Shown here piece by piece: positions 47,198-53,779 of a stretch of DNA of 53,779 bases. How positions within the stretch are numbered: position 1 is the stretch's first letter; every line of letters starts with the position of its first letter. The position numbers and the translations under genes were made by a program. The notes beneath the pieces are model-generated. The model ran no database searches, was not told the DNA's origin, and saw only the letters and a list, made by a program, of their open reading frames with translations. This DNA is from Chlamydiota bacterium. GTDB taxonomy: Bacteria > Chlamydiota > Chlamydiia > Chlamydiales > SM23-39. Where the stretch lies: NCBI GenBank assembly GCA_039179045.1, contig JBCDEZ010000003.1, positions 1 to 53,779 on the forward strand. The letters are read 5' to 3'.

Positions 47198-48166
47198 TTA
47201 CTCTTCTTGTGTAGCCGCCTCTTCTTGGCTTGTGAGCATCTGAAAGCGTTCCATATTGGTCGCTTTGCCTCTGTAGAACCACTCTTGCTTCACACCTGTT
47301 CGCGCTCCATAGTATTGGCTGAGCCCGTGTCGCTCATTTTCCTGATACTCGACTTGGGAAAGGAGTTCTCCCATCTGATCGTACCGCCTTTCTAGACCCT
47401 GCTTTTTTCCTTGCTCGTAGTTCGTAGAAACGAGGAGTTGCCCTTCGCGGTAGGAGCTCTTCTCTCCTTGTAACTTGCCCTCTTCCCAGTTGTTGACCAT
47501 GTAAAGGCAGCCCTTGGGAGTGTAGATCTTTTGGGTGCCGTGCAGCAGATAGTCAGAAAAATCCGAGATCATGTGGATCTGCCCGTTGGGATGGTACGAC
47601 GTTCTTTCTACGAGAAGGCCTTTGGTGATTTTGTCTACGACAAGTAGCAGTCCATCTCTTGCTCTTTTGCAGCGCATTCCCTCCCCTTGTTTTACCGAAG
47701 ATTCCAACTCATTTTGCGCATTGTAGTACTTTCCTTCTAGAAGCGCGCCTTTTTCGTACCGCTCGATCCGCAAGGGAGAGCCCCACTGGCTCCAGTAACA
47801 GATAGAAGTTATCCCCTCTCCAGAATAGGTTTTTTCCCGAATGGGAATGCCCTTGCGATCGTGAACTGTCTCTTTCACCAAGTCCCCTTTCTCATAAAGA
47901 GCGGTTTTTTCGATAGTGGAACTGTACGGATAAGTGTGGGCTGTTTCCCCATGTAAAGAGCCGTTTTGGTAGTTTTTGACTACCTTCACTCCGTTGTCGA
48001 GATACTGTTCAACCGTCCCTTCTTGGTCTCTTGCGAGCCACTCCTCTTGGTCCATTTCGAAGCCATATTTATGGATGTATTTTTGGGATACTACTTGGGC
48101 ATTTGGGGGAGAGTGGGCACAAGAGGGAAAAAACAGGGGGAGAAACAACACCCAGATTCGTCGCAT
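47198..48166 (-). CDS. MORN-variant repeat (YwqK-like) protein, predicted lipoprotein
   Basis: Signal with Cys (LFFPSC) and repeated Y..G.L.G...Y units. Next to pheT, as in Chlamydia. Confidence 0.85.
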   Translation of the reverse strand: MRRIWVLFLPLFFPSCAHSPPNAQVVSQKYIHKYGFEMDQEEWLARDQEGTVEQYLDNGVKVVKNYQNGSLHGETAHTYPYSSTIEKTALYEKGDLVKETVHDRKGIPIREKTYSGEGITSICYWSQWGSPLRIERYEKGALLEGKYYNAQNELESSVKQGEGMRCKRARDGLLLVVDKITKGLLVERTSYHPNGQIHMISDFSDYLLHGTQKIYTPKGCLYMVNNWEEGKLQGEKSSYREGQLLVSTNYEQGKKQGLERRYDQMGELLSQVEYQENERHGLSQYYGARTGVKQEWFYRGKATNMERFQMLTSQEEAATQEE

Positions 48167-48236
48167 AAAACCTCCAGATCAGTAGACCATCATAATCGTG
48201 CGCTCCTCTTAATGCAAGAGGCGCGTAGGAAAAATT

Positions 48237-50594
48237 TCACCCAAAAGAGCCCGTGTCTTGTAGAGCTTGCATGCAGCTGCTTTGCAGTTGTGCATGTTCT
48301 TTTTCCACTTCGCTTGTGGAGAGGGTTCTTGTAGAAGAGCGGTAGGTGAAGCGTAGGGTGACCTGTTTTTCTCCCTTCTCTTTTTCGGTGTAGAGATCGT
48401 GCAGATAGACACTCTCGAGAAGAGGGGATTGCATTGTGCCTAAAAAAGCCTGCAGGGAGGAAAAAGGGTAGGATGAGGGGAGGGAAATAGTCCAATCTCT
48501 AGTAGAGCTCGGATAGGGAGAAAGAGGCGTCAATTCTGCTCTATTGTGATCTAGACTAGATAGAGGCAAGAGATGGATCTCTGCGAAAAATGTTTTCTGT
48601 TTGATGGAAAACTGCTCGAGCACCTCTGGATGAACCTCCCCGAGAACTCCTATTGGGTGCTTTGCAAGGCAGATATCTGCTTGACGGTAAGGATGAAGGC
48701 TTGGATGCTTGCCTGGTGCAAACGAAATATCTGGAAAGGGGGTAAGAAGGACTTCAGAGGCGCCTTTTAAGGAGAAAAAATCGTGATACCGCGCTTCTTC
48801 CCCCCAAAATGTGGGCGCTTTTTTCCCTGAGGTGATGAGGGAAAGCACAGGCTCTTCTACGATCTTTTCTCCGAGCTTAGTATGGATTTTTCCTAGCTCG
48901 AAACTCTGGATCTCGAAATCTTGTCGGCACGCTCTTTTCGAGAAAATATGCAGCAAAGAAGTAAGAAGAGAGGGTCGGAGAACAGCAAAATCCTCTGATT
49001 TGGCATAGAGAGCTTTTACAAGGTCCCTTTTCCGCAGCGAGGTCTCTTCGGTCACGGCCGCCCACTTTTCGCTGATCAGATCAGGAGTGACACACTCATC
49101 GAATCCGAGTTGCAAGCAGCGGTAGCGCATCTTTTTTGAAAAGCGGTAGAAAGGATCTTGGTGGACTGGAGGAAGGGGAGCACTAGGAGCAAGTGACTCG
49201 ATCTGGCTGAGGCCCTCGATTCTCGCTATCTCTTCGATCAAGTCGATTTCCTCTTGAAGGTCATTCCGGTAGTGGGGGATGATCACCTCGAGCTCTTCCT
49301 CACCGGAGAGGATGGTGGGGCAGTCTAGGCGGGCAAAAATATCCTCGATCTGTTGGATACTCATGGAGATGCCTAGCACCTGTTCCACGCGTGATTTTCT
49401 GCACACAATCTGCCGGTTCGCAGGGGGGAGAGTAGAGGTTTGCATGGTACAGGCAACTTTTTTGCCTACAATTGTAGAGAGTAGCTCGGCTACAAGGCTC
49501 AAGGCAGTTGTACCGAGAGTGGGATCAATGCCCCTTTCAAAAAGATGGCTGCTATGGGAGCGCAACTGCATCGCTGTACTTGTCTTTCGGATCAATGTGG
49601 GGGAAAAGTGCGCAGCTTCGATCAAGTATGAGCGGGTAGAGGCCTCTACGGCAGAGTCTTTGCTCCCCATGATTCCACCAAGAGCTAGGAGCTTTTCTTC
49701 TGCGTAAACGCCCAAGGCGCCTTTAGGGCATACCCTTCTTGTGCCGTCGAGAAAAACAAGGGGCGTATCCGTAGGAATCTTGCGTATACTTGGAACTTTT
49801 CCGATAAGAGCATCTAAAGAAAAAGCGTGCATGGGTTGCCCCGTTAAGAGTGTGACATAGTGCAGCAAATCGACCAGTAAAAAAGAAGGGCAATGCCCTG
49901 CTTTTTGTAGGGAGGAGCGAAGCCAAAAAGGGGAGGAGCAGGAGGGCACATGCTCTAAGGTGAGCGTACTATAGGAAGAACAATCCTCGGTACTTTCGAT
50001 TACAAAGTCTTGCATCGCAGGTGCTATTGAGGGGGAATAGGGTTGGAGCGGAAGGCAAAAGTAGGCGCTAAGTTCCCTTGCGATTCCCAAAGCGCTCTGG
50101 CAGTGACCCAAATTGGGAGTAAAAGAGCAGTGCAAAACTGGATCGTAGAGTTTTTCCAAAGATTCTCCTAAAGAGAACGTGGAATCGAGGCGGAGAACGG
50201 CTAGCTTCTCTTCGTAGAGCCCCAGCTCCTCTGCTGAGACCAGCATTCCCTCGGAAATCTCTCCTTGCAAGGTTTTCTCTTCAATGAGTACTCCTTGCAC
50301 GTGTGCACCCAATGGGGCAAAGGCGACGATCTCTCCTTTTTTGATGGTTCGATCCCCACAGACTACCCGAAAGTTCCGCGTGCCTTGAGAGATGTCAGCT
50401 AGAAGAAGATTTTTTGCATGGGGATGCACAGTTACTTGCACAATCTTAGCTGCCACTACCTGAGAAAAAGAGAGGTTTTTTCCGGTAATGGCATCCACTT
50501 CGATTCCCAAAGAGACGAGAGCCTCCTCTAGGTCCTCCAAGGATTTTTGCTCAATGGCGATGTGCTGCTTTATAAGAGAAAGAGGAATCTTCAT
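48237..50594 (-). CDS. pheT: Phenylalanine--tRNA ligase beta subunit
   Basis: Motifs SEGMLVSAEELG, TPNLGHCQSALGIAREL, GQPMHAF, FERGID, RNDLQEEIDLIEEIARI, C-terminal FDX-ACB-like domain. Confidence 0.95.
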   Translation of the reverse strand: MKIPLSLIKQHIAIEQKSLEDLEEALVSLGIEVDAITGKNLSFSQVVAAKIVQVTVHPHAKNLLLADISQGTRNFRVVCGDRTIKKGEIVAFAPLGAHVQGVLIEEKTLQGEISEGMLVSAEELGLYEEKLAVLRLDSTFSLGESLEKLYDPVLHCSFTPNLGHCQSALGIARELSAYFCLPLQPYSPSIAPAMQDFVIESTEDCSSYSTLTLEHVPSCSSPFWLRSSLQKAGHCPSFLLVDLLHYVTLLTGQPMHAFSLDALIGKVPSIRKIPTDTPLVFLDGTRRVCPKGALGVYAEEKLLALGGIMGSKDSAVEASTRSYLIEAAHFSPTLIRKTSTAMQLRSHSSHLFERGIDPTLGTTALSLVAELLSTIVGKKVACTMQTSTLPPANRQIVCRKSRVEQVLGISMSIQQIEDIFARLDCPTILSGEEELEVIIPHYRNDLQEEIDLIEEIARIEGLSQIESLAPSAPLPPVHQDPFYRFSKKMRYRCLQLGFDECVTPDLISEKWAAVTEETSLRKRDLVKALYAKSEDFAVLRPSLLTSLLHIFSKRACRQDFEIQSFELGKIHTKLGEKIVEEPVLSLITSGKKAPTFWGEEARYHDFFSLKGASEVLLTPFPDISFAPGKHPSLHPYRQADICLAKHPIGVLGEVHPEVLEQFSIKQKTFFAEIHLLPLSSLDHNRAELTPLSPYPSSTRDWTISLPSSYPFSSLQAFLGTMQSPLLESVYLHDLYTEKEKGEKQVTLRFTYRSSTRTLSTSEVEKEHAQLQSSCMQALQDTGSFG

Positions 50595-50680
50595 GAACGC
50601 ACCCGATCAATGTCCTCCAGTCTAGGTAAAGAGAGGTTTCCTGGCAAGGATAAGGCTTTTTCTTGGTCGGTGCTTTTCAC

Positions 50681-50890
50681 TCATTTGAGTGGATCGTGAC
50701 CTCCTTGATGCCAAGGTGTGCAACGCGCGATCCGTTTTATCCCGAGAAAAATACCACGGAGAGCTCCATACTTACGGATCGCTTCCGCCATGTATGTGGA
50801 GCAGGTTGGTTCGTAACGACAAGAACGTCCGATGAGAGGGCTCAAACAGAGCTGGTACATACGGATGAGAAAAAGACAAAAATACTTCAT
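50681..50890 (-). CDS. yidD: Membrane protein insertion efficiency factor YidD
   Basis: Motif YQLCLSPLIGRSCRYEPTCSTY...RIARCTPWHQGGHDP. Confidence 0.95.
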   Translation of the reverse strand: MKYFCLFLIRMYQLCLSPLIGRSCRYEPTCSTYMAEAIRKYGALRGIFLGIKRIARCTPWHQGGHDPLK

Positions 50891-50946
50891 GGGTTGCTAC
50901 AAATTGCCCATTTGCCTATGATAGGAAGATACTCTTTCGAGCACAA

Positions 50947-51034
50947 GCGGAAATGGTGGAACTGGTAGACACGCTACCTTGAGGTGGTAGTGGGAACACA
51001 AAATCCCTTGGGGGTTCGAGTCCCCCTTTTCGCA
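50947..51034 (+). tRNA. tRNA-Leu (GAG)
   Basis: GCGGAAATGGTGGAACTGGTAGACACGCTACCTTGAGGTGGTAG...GGGGGTTCGAGTCCCCCTTTTCGCA, with GAG anticodon and long variable arm. Confidence 0.96.
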
Positions 51035-51056
51035 ATCTTGTTTTTTCCTCTCTTTT

Positions 51057-51716
51057 TTATCGCAACTCTTCCTGTAGATATCTTTTCAAGAAGGGGTACA
51101 AGGAAGTCTTTTCCCTGCATTCTTCTAAGGATTTATAACGCTTTGCTCTGCCGATTATAAGCAGCTTTTTCCAAGCCTCTTCAGAAAAATTGTGCCCTCC
51201 TTGTGGAAGATGACTCTCGCAGAGGCTTATACCGGAAAAAAGTCCCCGCGCTCTTTTTTCACAATAGCGGCACCGTTCCTCTAGGTGCAAGACCCCTTCG
51301 TATATGAGAAGCTTAGCCAGAAAGCTTTCTCCAAAAACCGTGGGGTAAATAGAAGAGGGGAGGCGCTGCAGGTAGCTCACGCAAAGGGCATAGAGCCGAG
51401 CTCCAGGGCGCTCGGGCATCTGGGACTGTAAAAGCGCCCATGCGATCTCTCCTGCTATGAAAAGGGGCGCTTTTTTTTCACGAAGAGGTATTCTCCAGTC
51501 TAGGAAAGAGCAGTCTTGTACCGCGTGCAAAGAAGAATGTTTTTTCCGATAAACAATCTCAACTTGTGCAAAAAGAGGAATGTTCGCCGAGCTTTTTACC
51601 ACTTTTTTCGGGCAGAAAAACGAAAAAAGGCCCTCCTTCGTATATACTTTCAAGAGACTTCCCCGGCTGAGGTAAGATGAGGAGTGTAAGATGACTCCTT
51701 CTAATTGACGCTCTAT
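51057..51716 (-). CDS. recO: DNA repair protein RecO (start codon uncertain)
   Basis: In-frame EGVILHSSSY..LLKVYTKEG N-terminus upstream of TTG at 51653. AWALLQSQMPERP and KLLIYEGVL....CRYC...LCESH zinc motif. Syntenic with yidD/pheT. Confidence 0.8.
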   Translation of the reverse strand: MERQLEGVILHSSSYLSRGSLLKVYTKEGLFSFFCPKKVVKSSANIPLFAQVEIVYRKKHSSLHAVQDCSFLDWRIPLREKKAPLFIAGEIAWALLQSQMPERPGARLYALCVSYLQRLPSSIYPTVFGESFLAKLLIYEGVLHLEERCRYCEKRARGLFSGISLCESHLPQGGHNFSEEAWKKLLIIGRAKRYKSLEECREKTSLYPFLKRYLQEELR

Positions 51717-51806
51717 TCTATCCTCTTTCAGTGAGTAAGTTTTCCATACAATACGCTCATTTCAAGAAAAAGTCACCCGGCTCGTCCAGGGTACTCGCGT
51801 ACGGGA

Positions 51807-52916
51807 TCACTGAGAAGGAGGTGATTGTTTAGATTGTAATTTTTGGAATATTGCACGGATCTCCTGAGTCGTCGAATTTGGACCAGGAAAAAAAGATTGC
51901 GTGTGTATTGTCCTTGTAAGCAAGATCTTAGTATTATTAGGTGTCTCTGGATACAAGGAGGCTGCGAGGGCACTTGTATCGGAAATTACACGATCAGGCA
52001 GTATGGTCATCTTAGGGTGTCCTGTATTTACGACAATATGGGTGATCTTGGGATTTAGTTTCCTAGAGAATTCTGTTGTAGGTAGAGTCCATCCGAATAG
52101 CCACAGGAAAAGAGCTGCTGTGTTGGGTAAAAGAGAAATGTATTCCCTGACAACACTTTCAAGGGAAGAAAATGTCTTGTTGCTAAGCACTAAGCAAGGT
52201 TTTTCAGGTTTGTAATCTTGCAACAGTGTTGCTTGGATTCCCCCTCCAAGAGAGAAACCCCAAAAATGAATCTCTTTAGTTTTTGTTTGTACATATTGCA
52301 ATGTTGCCCTAGCAGAAGCGATGAGATGATCCTGAGTACAGGGATATCGGCTCCGATCTATTCCTCGGTAGCCTACGCAAACTACGTTTGTTTGCAAAAG
52401 TTCTGCGATCCCTAATATCTCTTGCGCGCATGCTTGCCAGGACATGGCATTGCCAGGCATAAAAATTGTATAGCGACTCGTGTTCTGGGGGGTATACTCG
52501 CACCCGTCTATCTTTCTTCCATTGACTAGGATAGCAATGCGCTTCAAGTGCTCACTATCTCCGGACAGAAGTTGACCAGCGCGTTCACTTGCATCCCGAA
52601 TCCAGTTGGATTGATTCGCGACGTCTTCTTCTGACAAATCCTTTGCAGGAACAATGAGTCTTGCAAATAAAGATGCAATCCAATCATAAAAAAAAAGAGG
52701 AAATGTCAAAACGAGTAGACAGCGGCTGACCAGACCTGTGGAGAAAAGGGCGATATAGGCAGCAGGACGCAAGAATTTGCTCAAAGTGTCTCGCACAATC
52801 TGGTATAGAGTATATCCTCGGTAGTCGTTTGAAGAATAGACGTGAACCACAGAAGGCTCACTATGGAGCGCAATAAAAGATCGAGACGCCTTCGGCGTAG
52901 TTTCAGATGTGGACAT
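51807..52916 (-). CDS. Alpha/beta-hydrolase, chlamydial CHLPS/DUF818-like
   Basis: Motifs PGNAM, GYRGI and nucleophile elbow WGFSLGG. Ser/Thr-rich N-terminus and one hydrophobic segment. Confidence 0.8.
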   Translation of the reverse strand: MSTSETTPKASRSFIALHSEPSVVHVYSSNDYRGYTLYQIVRDTLSKFLRPAAYIALFSTGLVSRCLLVLTFPLFFYDWIASLFARLIVPAKDLSEEDVANQSNWIRDASERAGQLLSGDSEHLKRIAILVNGRKIDGCEYTPQNTSRYTIFMPGNAMSWQACAQEILGIAELLQTNVVCVGYRGIDRSRYPCTQDHLIASARATLQYVQTKTKEIHFWGFSLGGGIQATLLQDYKPEKPCLVLSNKTFSSLESVVREYISLLPNTAALFLWLFGWTLPTTEFSRKLNPKITHIVVNTGHPKMTILPDRVISDTSALAASLYPETPNNTKILLTRTIHTQSFFPGPNSTTQEIRAIFQKLQSKQSPPSQ

Positions 52917-53459
52917 AAAAATAAGCCATAAATTTTATACGTTGATTAGAATTAAAAGCAAGAAGAAAATATTCGGTATTTCTACGGTTGCGATGAAAGA
53001 TGCGGGGAAAATAGAAAGATCCTTGTCAAGGTGAGCGGAGTGAGGCAAAAATTTCGTATCCGTTCGGTAGGAGAGGGTAAAATGAAAACTTTCGTACCGA
53101 ATAGCCATCCATGATGTTGTCCTCCGAGGAGCTTCTAGACAAGGACAGCTCAGCTTCGTAAAGAAACTGAAGCTCTCGAGGAATAGCAAAGCTTAGCGTT
53201 AGTTCAATTAGAAACTGCTGTGTCAAATATCCCAAAATGCCGAATGCCAGCAAGTCCACTCGAAGCCTCGTTAGCAAAATCTGCTTCGGGTTAAATTTTT
53301 CGAAGATGTCACGAAAAAACCGAGAACCACCAGCTTGCTTTTCGATTTCTAGTCCATCGACAATCGTTTGTGATTTTTCCCCCAACGCTACGCAATTTTG
53401 ACACCCTTCGAAAAAAATAAAAGATCGAAAGGAACAGAAGGATCGGAGCGGCAATTGTA

Positions 53460-53607
53460 TATACCCATTTCATTTGAAGAATTGGTTTAAGGGAAAAAAT
53501 AGAGATGGGAGTTATTTGTGATTCGTTTCTTCAGTTCGTGGAAAAGCTCTGGGCTAGGTGGGGATAAACTCTCCGAAAACTCCACCGTTTTGTTTCTGGA
53601 CAATTTC
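53460..53607 (-). mobile_element. IS630-derived MITE, interrupted by an IS5-family element
   Basis: Matches 41501-~41649 (TATACCCATTTCATTTGAAGAATT...AAAACTCCACC...AATTTC), then breaks off ~30 bp before the expected end. Confidence 0.88.
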
Positions 53608-53779
53608 GGCGTTGTTGAAAAAATCTCTAGGAAAACCTTGATAAAAAGCCCATAAACAGGCGAGGCTCCTTATCTATAAAAAATCTAAGGAGCTTCTGAT
53701 GCGAAAATGTGATTGGAAAAGAGTTAACCGAGAATTGGTAAAAAGAGGGAGTCTCACTTTTTTTATAGACAAGGCCTGC
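53608..53779 (+). mobile_element. IS5-family (IS903 group) insertion sequence, left end (truncated by window)
   Basis: GGCGTTGTTGAAAAAATC closely resembles the IS903 terminal IR (GGCTTTGTTGAATAAATC) and is followed by a transposase start. Confidence 0.85.
53699..53779 (+). CDS. IS903-like transposase, N-terminus (partial)
   Basis: AAGGAG RBS. MRKCDWKRVNRELVKRGSLTFFID resembles the IS903-type NW..YN..L..RGSITFW.D N-terminus. Confidence 0.85.
   Translation, partial: MRKCDWKRVNRELVKRGSLTFFIDKAC

Noticed and set aside
47198-48166. YwqK-like protein as the antitoxin of a toxin-antitoxin system
   Set aside because: No adjacent toxin gene. It is a MORN-repeat lipoprotein at a conserved chlamydial position beside pheT.
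53026-53454. 142-aa ORF and a possible second MITE bounded by GTGTCAAA...TTTGACAC (~53220-53406)
   Set aside because: The ORF has no RBS or motif. The inverted repeat is only 8 bp, with no second copy in the window and no clear target duplication.

Overview
Core-genome segment of an environmental Chlamydiota bacterium. The gene order matches well-known Chlamydia blocks: TPR chaperone/CT273-like/rsmH/murE; gnd-lepA-npt1-CT066-like-ytgABCD-dxr-rseP; comEC-ptsH-ptsI-ybaB-dnaX; nfo-rpsD-trhO; pheT-yidD-recO. It also carries tRNA-His(GTG) and tRNA-Leu(GAG), and I found no rRNA or CRISPR array. Two things stand out. (1) The division/cell-wall cluster is collapsed to mraZ-rsmH-murE with no ftsL/ftsI in between. 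The full-length MurE has lost essentially every catalytic motif (P-loop, DHLDYH, DNPR), so it is a candidate repurposed pseudoenzyme. (2) A ~180-bp TA-flanked MITE family can be traced within the window to a decayed IS630 element: the left end, the transposase 3' half and a 9-bp deletion microhomology are all visible. Copies lie upstream of orphan or effector-like genes, two bracket an Inc-like gene, and one is interrupted by an IS903-like element at the window end. Also notable are a PgpH-like 7TM-HD phosphodiesterase, tandem secreted beta-propellers sharing a C-terminal domain, a signal-peptide HIT protein and a recO without a canonical start. All family assignments come from motif recognition by eye, and no database search was run.
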